A stretch of DNA of 32,000 nt from Geobacter metallireducens GS-15 (GCF_000012925.1 NC_007517.1:3960001-3992000); one strand, 5' to 3'. Counted from the first letter of the stretch, positions 19,092 to 29,943 are shown. The notes: generated by a model not told the origin, from the letters alone. A program made the numbers and translations.

Positions 19092-19333
19092 GGACGGTAC
19101 TTCCTCTCGGGCGTAGTGCGAACAGGGGGGCGGGCTTGCCGGAGGCAGACGACATTGTCCCCTCTTTCCGTATCGGACATTTTTCGCCTTCCTTGAGCAT
19201 TTTTTTCTCGAGAACCCGGTCCTGCGCCCCCGGAACCCCTTTCACCAAGGGATATGCCGAGGGGGCAGCCTTGCCTTTTCACACCCGCGCTGGTATCGTT
19301 CCAGAGCACCCTTACGACGCAAAGGAAGACGGA

Positions 19334-22810
<3,477 letters not shown>

Positions 22811-22867
22811 TGTGCTAGCTTCCGTAAGATTCTTCAATACTTAATGAGCCTGAAAAGGAGTTTCAAC

Positions 22868-23815
22868 GTGAAACGAACAGCGGTTCTGACGATCCTCTCG
22901 GCCACCCTCCTGGCGGTCCCGTTCACCGGCTGCAAAGGAAAGACCGAAACCGGCACTGCCACGGCCCCCGCCAAGAAGGCCGGGGAAGTGATCGCCGAGG
23001 TTAACGGCGACACCATCACCACCGGCGACTTCCAGAAGGAGCTGGAAAACCTTCCCCCCTACCTGAAGCCCATGGCCGACACTGCCGAAGGGAAAAAGGA
23101 ACTCCTCGATACCATGGTGGTCCGGGAGCTGATCCTCCAGCAGGCCAGAAAGGACGGCCTGGACAAGAGCCCCGACGTGGCAGCCAAGCTGGAGGAGCTC
23201 AAGAAGCGGGTCGTAGTGGAGGCGTTCCTCAAGAAGAAAGTGGAGGAGCAGGCCAAAGTCTCCGACGAGGAGATGAAGAAATTCTACGAAGAAAACAAGG
23301 ACAAATTCAAGACCGGTCCCCAGGTCCACGCGAGCCACATTCTCATGAAGAGCGAGGACGAAGCCCAGAAGGTCCTCAAGGAACTCAAAGAAGGGGGGAA
23401 CTTCGAGGAGCTGGCCAAGAAGCACTCCATCGACTCCGCCGCGGCCAAGGGAGGCGACCTGGGATGGTTCAGCAAGGGCTCCATGGTCCCCGAATTCGAA
23501 AAGGTGGTATTCGGCCTGAAAGAGGGGGAAACCTCCGGCATCGTCAAGACCAAGTTCGGCTACCACATTATCAAGCTGACCGGCAAGCGGCCGGCCGGCA
23601 TCCGTACCTTCGACGAGGTGAAAGAGCAGCTCAGGGCAGCCATCCTCCCCAGCAAGCAGCAGGAAGTCTTCCAGAAGCTCAAGGATGACATCAAGAAGGG
23701 GGCCAAGGTCACCATCAAGGAGGACGTCCTCAAGGGAATCGGAGGCGCCGCCGCGGAAAAGCCGGCACCCGCGGGCCCCGAGAGCACTCCGGCAAAGAAA
23801 GCGGAAACGAAGTAA
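22868..23815 (+). CDS. parvulin-type peptidyl-prolyl isomerase lipoprotein (PrsA/PpiC-like)
   Basis: Lipobox PFTGC and a parvulin domain (HILMKSEDEAQ...GGDLGWFSKGSMVPEFE...FGYHIIK). GTG 22868 lies 7 nt after AAAAGGAG. The in-frame ATG at 22844 is an alternative start. Confidence 0.87.
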   Translation: MKRTAVLTILSATLLAVPFTGCKGKTETGTATAPAKKAGEVIAEVNGDTITTGDFQKELENLPPYLKPMADTAEGKKELLDTMVVRELILQQARKDGLDKSPDVAAKLEELKKRVVVEAFLKKKVEEQAKVSDEEMKKFYEENKDKFKTGPQVHASHILMKSEDEAQKVLKELKEGGNFEELAKKHSIDSAAAKGGDLGWFSKGSMVPEFEKVVFGLKEGETSGIVKTKFGYHIIKLTGKRPAGIRTFDEVKEQLRAAILPSKQQEVFQKLKDDIKKGAKVTIKEDVLKGIGGAAAEKPAPAGPESTPAKKAETK

Positions 23816-23822
23816 GCGCACC

Positions 23823-23852
23823 GGGGCTGCCGGCAGCAACGTCGGCAGCCCC
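23823..23852 (+). terminator. 10-bp GC hairpin between the two PPIase genes (attenuator, no U-tract)
   Basis: GGGGCTGCCG-GCAGCAACGT-CGGCAGCCCC. Confidence 0.4.
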
Positions 23853-23875
23853 GTGCCCCCTCCCCAACGGAAACC

Positions 23876-24877
23876 ATGATCAAAACCCTCATCACAGCCA
23901 CCCTTGTCCTTATCGCCACCCTTCCCTCACCGTCACACGCAGAGGTGGTCAACCGGATTCTTGCCGTCGTCAACGACGAAATCATCACCTCCTACGCGGT
24001 CGAGAAGGAAAAGGCCACTATCCTCAAAGAGGCTGAGCGCCAGCAGCCTCCGCCCCCCCCTGAATCCCTCGTCCATCTGGACGAGACGGCCCTTAACCGC
24101 CTCATCGACAAGAAGCTCGTGGAGCAGAAAGTCCGGGAGCTGGACATCAAGGTAAGCGAAGAGGAAGTCCGGCAGGCCATCGAGGACGTGAAGCGGCAGA
24201 ACAAGCTCTCCCAGGAGTCCCTCGTATCGGCCCTGGCCAATCAGGGGCTCTCCTTCGACCAGTACAAGGTCCAGATCCGCGAACAGCTGGAGCGGCTGCG
24301 CCTTGTAAGCCAGGAGGTGCGGTCGAAGATCCAGGTCGGTGAACGGGAGATGCGGGAGTACTACGAGGCGAACCCCGGCCGGTTTGGCGGCGAGGAGAAC
24401 TTCCGGGCCCGCAACATCTACTTCAAGCTCGATGAAAAGATGCCGGCCGACCAGGTGAAGAAGATCATGACCACCGCCCTGACCGTCCTCCACGAGGCCC
24501 GTGACGGCAAGGACTTTGCCGAACTGGCCCGCCAGCACTCAGACGACCCTGCGGCAAAGAATACCGGTGGCGATCTGGGAACCTTCCGCAAGGGGGACAT
24601 CCTCCCCGAATTCGAGGAGAGCCTCATAAAGATGAAGCCGGGCGAGGTGAGCGACCTCATCTATGTCTCGGGGGGGCTCCACATCGTCAAGCTGGAGGCA
24701 CGCTTCGCCGGCACACCGAAACCCTTCGAACAGGTCAAGGCCGAAGTGGAGGACATCCTCTACCGGAAAAAGTCGGAAGAGCGCTTCAACCAGTGGGTGG
24801 CCGACCTCCGCAAGGGGGCGGCCATAGAGATTAGACAGGAAACGGGGACCGGGGACCGGGGACCAGCAAAACCGTAA
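23876..24877 (+). CDS. SurA-like periplasmic chaperone / parvulin PPIase
   Basis: 333 aa with a signal peptide (..PSPSHA), a SurA_N-like helical domain and a parvulin domain (GGDLGTFRKGDILPEFEE...GGLHIVKL). Confidence 0.87.
   Translation: MIKTLITATLVLIATLPSPSHAEVVNRILAVVNDEIITSYAVEKEKATILKEAERQQPPPPPESLVHLDETALNRLIDKKLVEQKVRELDIKVSEEEVRQAIEDVKRQNKLSQESLVSALANQGLSFDQYKVQIREQLERLRLVSQEVRSKIQVGEREMREYYEANPGRFGGEENFRARNIYFKLDEKMPADQVKKIMTTALTVLHEARDGKDFAELARQHSDDPAAKNTGGDLGTFRKGDILPEFEESLIKMKPGEVSDLIYVSGGLHIVKLEARFAGTPKPFEQVKAEVEDILYRKKSEERFNQWVADLRKGAAIEIRQETGTGDRGPAKP
24844..24864 (+). repeat. GGGGACC heptamer x3 (encodes the C-terminal GTGDRGP of the SurA-like protein)
   Basis: Three perfect tandem copies lie at 24844-24850, 24851-24857 and 24858-24864. 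Confidence 0.95.
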
Positions 24878-24965
24878 ACCAACCTCCACCCGCTTCTCGC
24901 CGACTTTTGGTTCGGATGCTCTTGACGTTTTTCTTCGCTTTTACCGATCCCTGGTCCCCGGTCCC
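24852..24965. repeat. perfect 15-bp inverted repeat spanning the convergent surA-like / cbpA intergenic region
   Basis: GGGACCGGGGACCAG (24852-24866) and its exact reverse complement CTGGTCCCCGGTCCC (24951-24965) are separated by 84 nt. The second arm ends 5 nt from the cbpA stop codon. Confidence 0.9.
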
Positions 24966-24970
24966 GGCCT

Positions 24971-25867
24971 TTACAGCCCCTTGCCCCGCAACTCCTCCAC
25001 CAGGGTCTTCTGCTCCGGGGTAAGGCTCTCGGGCACTGACACCCCAATCCGCACGAAAAGATCTCCCTTTCCCGCCTTCCCCATGCGGGGGAAGCCGAGC
25101 CCCTTGAGGCGGATCTTGGTCCCCGGCTGGATGCCGGCGGGTATCTTGATCCGCTTGGTACCCTCCAAGGTTGGCACGTCGAGGGAGGCACCGAGGAGGG
25201 CGTCGGTAAAGCGGATCTTCCGCTCCACCACGATGTCATCACCCTCCCGAGTGAAATGGGGATCGGTTCCCACCTTGATGATCAGGTAGAGGTCGCCGGT
25301 TGGTCCGCCGCCATGGCCAAAGCCCCCCTTCCCCGCTACCCGAAGCCGCGCGCCGTCCTCCACCCCGGCCGGTATCTTGACGGCGAGCTCCTCCCGCTTC
25401 CCGTCTCGCATGAAGGCCACTCGCTTTTCTCCGCCGTCATACGATTCCCGGAACGTAACGGGAACCTCCATGGTGAAGTCCTCGCCCCGCCGGCGACCGC
25501 CACCGAAGCCGAACCCACCCTGGCGGAAACCGCCGGCGCCGCCGAAGATGCGGGAGAAGATGTCGTCGGTGCCGAACCCCATGTCCTTGAAGATGTCCCC
25601 CACGTCAAACCCGCGGAAGATGTCCTCCTGGCTGTAGCGCTGGTGGAAGCCGCTGGAGCCGAACTGGTCGTACTGGGCCCGCTTCTGGGGATCGGAGAGG
25701 ACCGCATAGGCCTCGTTGATCTCCTTGAATTTGTCCTCGGCCCCCTTGTCGCCGGGATTTTTGTCGGGATGGTACTTGACGGCCAGCTTCCGGTAAGCTT
25801 TCTTGATCTCAGCTTCAGTGGCCCCTTTCTTCAGGCCGAGTACCTCGTAGTAATCCGTTTGCGCCAT
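24971..25867 (-). CDS. cbpA: DnaJ-class co-chaperone without zinc finger (CbpA-like, type II Hsp40)
   Basis: 298 aa with a J-domain (HPDKN), a G/F-rich region and DnaJ C-terminal domains. There are no CxxCxGxG repeats. Confidence 0.88.
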   Translation of the reverse strand: MAQTDYYEVLGLKKGATEAEIKKAYRKLAVKYHPDKNPGDKGAEDKFKEINEAYAVLSDPQKRAQYDQFGSSGFHQRYSQEDIFRGFDVGDIFKDMGFGTDDIFSRIFGGAGGFRQGGFGFGGGRRRGEDFTMEVPVTFRESYDGGEKRVAFMRDGKREELAVKIPAGVEDGARLRVAGKGGFGHGGGPTGDLYLIIKVGTDPHFTREGDDIVVERKIRFTDALLGASLDVPTLEGTKRIKIPAGIQPGTKIRLKGLGFPRMGKAGKGDLFVRIGVSVPESLTPEQKTLVEELRGKGL

Positions 25868-25896
25868 CTGAAAATCCTTTCCGTAGGTCTTGAAAG

Positions 25897-25925
25897 AATG
25901 TAAGCGCTCCGGAGTACCCTGTCAA
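25897..25925 (-). promoter_or_regulatory. putative sigma70 promoter for cbpA-like gene
   Basis: Minus strand TTGACA (25925-25920), N17, TACATT (25902-25897). Confidence 0.5.
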
Positions 25926-25959
25926 CGGTTCAGCTGGAGAAGGCTCCATGTTTACTTTC

Positions 25960-25988
25960 TTGACAGCCGCCCATGCAGGGTCTATCAA
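25960..25988 (+). promoter_or_regulatory. putative sigma70 promoter for hemY
   Basis: TTGACA (25960-25965), N17, TATCAA (25983-25988). Confidence 0.5.
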
Positions 25989-26025
25989 TGATCAGAGTGC
26001 ATTCATCGAACGGCGAGGAGCAGGG

Positions 26026-27435
26026 ATGAAAAAAGTTATCGTGGTGGGGGGCGGCATTTCTGGGCTCGCAACCGCCTTTGAGCTGCGCAATAAAGGAGCA
26101 GAGGCGGGCATCGAGCTGGATGTGACCCTGCTGGAAAAGGAAGAGCGGGTCGGCGGCAAGATCTGGAGCATCAAGGAGGAGGGATACCTCTGCGAGTGGG
26201 GGCCCAACGGCTTTCTGGACTCCAAGCCCCAGACCCTCGACCTCTGCCGGGACCTGGGTGCCTCGGAAAGGCTCCTGCGGAGTAACGATAACGCCCGTAA
26301 GCGCTTCATCTACACCGGGGGCGTTCTGAACCGGCTCCCCGAGAACGGCCCCACGTTTCTCAAGAGCAGCCTCATCTCGTGGCCCGGCAAACTCCGCTTG
26401 GCAATGGAACCCTTCATCTCGAAGCGGACCGACGGCACCGACGAGACCCTCGCCTCCTTTGGCCGCCGGCGCCTCGGCGAGGAGGCCCTCCAGAAGCTCA
26501 TCTCCCCCATGGTGTCGGGGATCTTCGCCGGCGACCCGGAAACCATGTCGCTCCGCTCCTGCTTCCCCCGCATCGCGGAACTGGAGGACGAATACGGTAG
26601 CCTCATAAAAGCCATGATCAAACTGGCGAAAAAGAAGAAGCAGGAAGCGGCCCAGGGAAAGGCGGTATCGAGCGCCGCCGGCCCCGGTGGAGTCCTCACC
26701 TCTTTCCGATGGGGGATCCAGGAGCTGACCGACATCCTGGCGGAGCAGCTCGGTTCCGCGACCGTGGTTACGGGTCAGCCCGTGACGGGCTTGACCAGGG
26801 GATCGAGCGTCCCGTGGCGGCTGAAGACACCCACCGTCGATATCGACGCCGACGTGGTGATTCTCGCCTCGCCGGCCCATGCCACCGCCGGCATCGTCAG
26901 CGGCGTTGACGCCGCCATGGCCCAGGTGCTGGGGGAGATCCCCTACGCCTCCATGACCGTGGTCTGCTTCGGCTTCGAACGGGAGCGGATCGCCTACGAC
27001 CTGAACGGCTTCGGCTACCTGATCCCCAAGGATGAGGGGATGAACACCCTCGGTACCCTCTGGGACTCCAGCATCTTCGAAAACCGTGCCCCAGAGGGTA
27101 AGGTGTTACTGCGGAGCATGCTCGGCGGCGCCTGCTTCCCCGAGTACGTGAAACTTTCCGACGCGGAGGTGATGCAGCGGGTGAAGGCAGATCTCAAGGC
27201 GACCATGGGAATCACGGCGGACCCCTCCTTCATCAGGATCTTCCGCCATCCCCAGGCCATCCCCCAGTACACCGTCGGCCACGGAAAGCGCTTGGCGGCC
27301 CTCCAGGAACGCTCCTCGGCCCTCCCGGGGCTCTTCCTTACCGGAAACTCCTACCGCGGCATCGGCCTCAACGACTGCGCCACCGCCGCCAACCGCACCA
27401 CCGACGAGGTGGTGGCCTATCTGAAGGGCCGATAG
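26026..27435 (+). CDS. hemY: protoporphyrinogen/coproporphyrinogen III oxidase, HemY (CgoX/PgoX) family flavoprotein
   Basis: About 469 aa from ATG 26026 (after GAGGAG) with the FAD dinucleotide fold MKKVIVVGGGISGLATAF. The HemY-family C-terminus includes GLFLTGNSYRGIGLNDC. Confidence 0.92.
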   Translation: MKKVIVVGGGISGLATAFELRNKGAEAGIELDVTLLEKEERVGGKIWSIKEEGYLCEWGPNGFLDSKPQTLDLCRDLGASERLLRSNDNARKRFIYTGGVLNRLPENGPTFLKSSLISWPGKLRLAMEPFISKRTDGTDETLASFGRRRLGEEALQKLISPMVSGIFAGDPETMSLRSCFPRIAELEDEYGSLIKAMIKLAKKKKQEAAQGKAVSSAAGPGGVLTSFRWGIQELTDILAEQLGSATVVTGQPVTGLTRGSSVPWRLKTPTVDIDADVVILASPAHATAGIVSGVDAAMAQVLGEIPYASMTVVCFGFERERIAYDLNGFGYLIPKDEGMNTLGTLWDSSIFENRAPEGKVLLRSMLGGACFPEYVKLSDAEVMQRVKADLKATMGITADPSFIRIFRHPQAIPQYTVGHGKRLAALQERSSALPGLFLTGNSYRGIGLNDCATAANRTTDEVVAYLKGR

Positions 27436-27442
27436 TTAATGC

Positions 27443-27471
27443 TTGAACATACGACGATCACATTCTATTCT
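27443..27471 (+). promoter_or_regulatory. putative sigma70 promoter for the Lys/Glu-rich protein gene
   Basis: TTGAAC (27443-27448), N17, TATTCT (27466-27471). Confidence 0.45.
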
Positions 27472-27472
27472 T

Positions 27473-27489
27473 CCCGTACCCCGTACGGG
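27473..27489 (+). promoter_or_regulatory. 7-3-7 palindrome at the predicted transcription start (operator or 5' hairpin)
   Basis: CCCGTAC-CCC-GTACGGG, immediately after the putative -10. Confidence 0.4.
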
Positions 27490-27518
27490 CATTCACACCA
27501 ATACCAAGGAGGAAGACC

Positions 27519-27875
27519 ATGAAGAAAACCCTGCTGACCCTGACCGCCTGCATCACCCTCGGCGCCTTTGCCGGTATCGCTTCGGCCGCCGACTACACCA
27601 TCCCCTCCCCCTCTGCCGAGCTCCAGAAGAGGGAGGATAAGGCAAAGGAAAAGGTCCAGAAGAAGGAAAAGGCCGCGAAAGAGAAGCTTGCCGAAAAGGA
27701 AAAGAAGGTCTCCGACAAGCAGACCGACGTAAAGGAGCAGGTTGAGAAGAAAAAAGCCCAGGCCACTGAAAAGCACGAAAAGGTAAAGAGCAAAGTGAAG
27801 CAGAAGAAGGAGAAGGCCAAGCAGATGAAGGAAGCCGGGAAGAAAGAAGTGCAGGACTTGAAAGAGATGAAGTAA
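27519..27875 (+). CDS. small secreted Lys/Glu-rich (predicted helical/disordered) protein of unknown function
   Basis: 118 aa. Strong RBS AAGGAGG. Sec signal MKKTLLTLTACITLGAFAGIASA with an ASA-A cleavage context. The mature part of about 95 aa has roughly one third Lys (31 by hand count) and about 15 Glu. A promoter lies upstream and a terminator downstream. Confidence 0.8.
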   Translation: MKKTLLTLTACITLGAFAGIASAADYTIPSPSAELQKREDKAKEKVQKKEKAAKEKLAEKEKKVSDKQTDVKEQVEKKKAQATEKHEKVKSKVKQKKEKAKQMKEAGKKEVQDLKEMK

Positions 27876-27901
27876 CCGCCACAGACTACGACGCCAGTCT
27901 T

Positions 27902-27940
27902 CGGGGGGGGCCGCGCCAGCAGCCTCCCCGCTTTAGTTTT
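27902..27940 (+). terminator. rho-independent terminator after the Lys/Glu-rich gene (also a hairpin for convergent def)
   Basis: An 8-bp stem with arms CGGGGGGG (27902-27909) and CCTCCCCG (27923-27930), including one G-U pair. It is followed by CTTTAGTTTT. Confidence 0.55.
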
Positions 27941-27959
27941 ATCCATCCGGCAGCTCACG

Positions 27960-28466
27960 CTACCTGTAGTTCTTCCTCCGGAACAGCCCCGTCTTGAGCG
28001 ACACGATCCGATCCAAAAAGAGGATCCCGTCCAGATGGTCCATCTCGTGCTGGATGGCGACCGCCTCGAAGCCGCTGGCGGAGATCTCCCGCTCCGTCCC
28101 CTCCCCGTCCCGGAACCGGACGGTGATGGTGGTGGCCCGCTCTACGTCGCCGGTGTAGTCTGGGACGCTCATGCATCCCTCCCGCATGATAGCCGCACCT
28201 TCCCGGTGGACGATCTCGGGGTTTACCATGACAAGGACACCGTGGTTGTTCTCCTTGCCGTGACGGCTTCCGGAGACGTCCACCACGCAGACCCTGAGGG
28301 TGGCGCCGATCTGGGGTGCGGCGACCCCGACGGAGCCGGGTCCGGCACGCATGGTGTCCAGAAGGTCGTCGATAAGACCCCGGATCTCGTCGTCGATAAC
28401 GGCGACGGCATGGCTCACCTTCTTTAGAACGGGATGGGGATAGCAGAGGATGGGCTGTGCGGGCAT
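27960..28466 (-). CDS. def: peptide deformylase
   Basis: 168 aa with all three PDF motifs: GVGVAAPQIG, EGCMSVP, QHEMDHL. Confidence 0.95.
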   Translation of the reverse strand: MPAQPILCYPHPVLKKVSHAVAVIDDEIRGLIDDLLDTMRAGPGSVGVAAPQIGATLRVCVVDVSGSRHGKENNHGVLVMVNPEIVHREGAAIMREGCMSVPDYTGDVERATTITVRFRDGEGTEREISASGFEAVAIQHEMDHLDGILFLDRIVSLKTGLFRRKNYR

Positions 28467-28470
28467 GGCG

Positions 28471-29040
28471 TCAGAGGGAGACCGGCGTGATGGATCGCAC
28501 CGAAATCTCCACGTTCATCTCCTTCTTAATCTTGTCGAACATTGCCGCCACGTCTTCCACGACAATACCTTCCGGTAGTGCCGCCTCCAGCATCAGGACG
28601 TAGACCGGCTCTTCCTTGGTGCCGATGAGCTTGGTATTGAGGTCGGTAATATTCACCTTCCGCTCTGCCAGCTCATTTGTCACGCGGTAGATGATCCCGG
28701 GCCGGTCGGAGCCGTAGACCGAAACCATGCAGAGCTCCCCTTCCGGCGCCTGGTAGGCCACCTCGTCGGGGGAAAGGGTCCGGGCCGCCACCGTGAGCCC
28801 CATCTCTTCCGCCACTCCCCGGAACTCCTCCAGAATCCTCCCCTTGCTGAAGGGTTTCTCATGGGAGACGATGAGAATCATGGAGAACTCCCCCCCGAGC
28901 ATGGTGGAGCTGGAATCCTCGACGTTGCACCCCAGCCGGTAGAGGACCCCGGCCGTTGCGGCCACGATACCGGGGCGGTCTTTTCCCACAACCGTGACGG
29001 CGTAGTGGGCAAGGGAATCCGTTTTCTTCGTGCTCATCAT
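28471..29040 (-). CDS. tandem ACT-domain protein (GcvR-like small-molecule-binding regulator)
   Basis: 189 aa with two ACT repeats (VTVVGKDRPGIVAATAGVLYRLGCNVEDS and VSVYGSDRPGIIYRVTNELAERKVNITDL). Its stop codon lies 4 nt before the def ATG. Confidence 0.87.
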   Translation of the reverse strand: MMSTKKTDSLAHYAVTVVGKDRPGIVAATAGVLYRLGCNVEDSSSTMLGGEFSMILIVSHEKPFSKGRILEEFRGVAEEMGLTVAARTLSPDEVAYQAPEGELCMVSVYGSDRPGIIYRVTNELAERKVNITDLNTKLIGTKEEPVYVLMLEAALPEGIVVEDVAAMFDKIKKEMNVEISVRSITPVSL

Positions 29041-29093
29041 GGAAAGGGTCTCCTTCGGTGATCGGCGCGCTATTCCGCAGCGGGTAGACGTCG

Positions 29094-29122
29094 ACTCTAG
29101 CAGATGGCGCCGCCAATGGCAA
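29094..29122 (-). promoter_or_regulatory. putative sigma70 promoter for the ACT-def pair
   Basis: Minus strand TTGCCA (29122-29117), N17, TAGAGT (29099-29094). Confidence 0.5.
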
Positions 29123-29153
29123 GGTGCGGATGAGGTTCCTCAGGGCCAGGACT

Positions 29154-29501
29154 TCACTCGACCGGCCGAACGATTATATTGAGCACGAAACTGACGACGC
29201 TGAAGACGAGTGCGCCTAGAATGGCGCTCCCGATGCCGGCGATGTTGAATCCCGGGACGATCCAGGCGGCCAGGGCAAAGACGGCGCCGTTCACCACGAG
29301 GGTGAAGAGGCCGAGGGTGAGCACCGTGATCGGCAGGGTGAAAAAGGAGATGATGGGCCTGAGTACCGCGTTGAGGAAGCCCAGCACAAGGGCCGCAAGG
29401 AAAAGAGTACCGCTACCGGCGATGCTGATGCCGGGAACCAGGCGGACCACGGCAAAGAGGGCCACTGCGTTGACAATCAATTTAAGGATAATTCCGAGCA
29501 T
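29154..29501 (-). CDS. four-TM membrane protein, PF04020-like (YvlD / phage holin 4_2 superfamily)
   Basis: About 115 aa from ATG 29501: MLGIILKLIVNAVALFAVVRLVPGI...LNAVLRPIISFFTLPITVLTLGLFTLVVNG. The family assignment is from my own pattern recognition. Confidence 0.82.
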   Translation of the reverse strand: MLGIILKLIVNAVALFAVVRLVPGISIAGSGTLFLAALVLGFLNAVLRPIISFFTLPITVLTLGLFTLVVNGAVFALAAWIVPGFNIAGIGSAILGALVFSVVSFVLNIIVRPVE

Positions 29502-29526
29502 TGTGTGATGTCTCCCTACCGGTCTT

Positions 29527-29925
29527 TTAGCCGGCCCCATTCGTAGATCTGAGCGCCCCGATGAGTTGCTCGGGAAGCCGGCGGGGCTTCATCCCAGGCC
29601 GGACGCAGACGAGGGTGACGCGCCCCTCCACGAGGGTCTTTCCGTCTTCCGCCCTCACTACCCGCTGCCTCAGGGAGAACGTGGCCTTCCCCACCTCAAG
29701 CACCTCGGTTTCCACCCGGAGGAGGTCATCGAGGACCGCCGACGCCCGGAAATCCACCTCCATCCGCACTACCGGGAAGACGGCACCCTCGTCGGCCAAC
29801 TCCCGCACCGACAGTCCCCGCCGGCGGAGGAACTCGCACCTCCCCCGCTCGAAAAAACCCAGGTAGCGGGCATGGTAGACAATCCCTCCGGCATCGGTGT
29901 CCTCATAGTAGACGCGAAACTCCAT
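29527..29925 (-). CDS. ybgC: YbgC/4HBT-family acyl-CoA thioesterase
   Basis: About 132 aa from ATG 29925 (GGGAGGGGAAGGA upstream). The hot-dog fold signature VYYEDTDAGGIVYHARYLGFFERGR is present. Confidence 0.88.
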   Translation of the reverse strand: MEFRVYYEDTDAGGIVYHARYLGFFERGRCEFLRRRGLSVRELADEGAVFPVVRMEVDFRASAVLDDLLRVETEVLEVGKATFSLRQRVVRAEDGKTLVEGRVTLVCVRPGMKPRRLPEQLIGALRSTNGAG

Positions 29926-29943
29926 TCCTTCCCCTCCCATGGC

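Noticed and set aside
19136-19333. N-terminal extensions of track ORFs: mfd from 19136, nadA from 16470, hemY from 25948, lipoprotein from 30809, tatA from 16441, pal from 14521, thpR from 3517, rsmG from 31634, thioesterase from 29940, PF04020 from 29540.
   Set aside because: In each case a downstream in-frame start has a good Shine-Dalgarno sequence and yields the canonical family N-terminus. The extensions run through promoter or terminator elements and add non-conserved sequence.
24916-25023. 35-codon plus-strand ORF (MLLTFFFAFTDPW...) starting in the surA-like/cbpA spacer.
   Set aside because: It has no Shine-Dalgarno sequence and runs antisense into the cbpA 3' end. It is short and Pro-rich, so it is probably fortuitous.
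27540-27551. LTAC in the Lys/Glu-rich protein signal region resembling a lipobox.
   Set aside because: The Cys is at residue 11, leaving too short a hydrophobic region for signal peptidase II. The full 23-residue signal with ASA/A fits signal peptidase I better.
27939-27947. TTATCCATC DnaA-box-like 9-mer; mnmG-rsmG are often near oriC.
   Set aside because: It is a single imperfect box with no cluster and no AT-rich unwinding element, and dnaA/dnaN are absent from the window.
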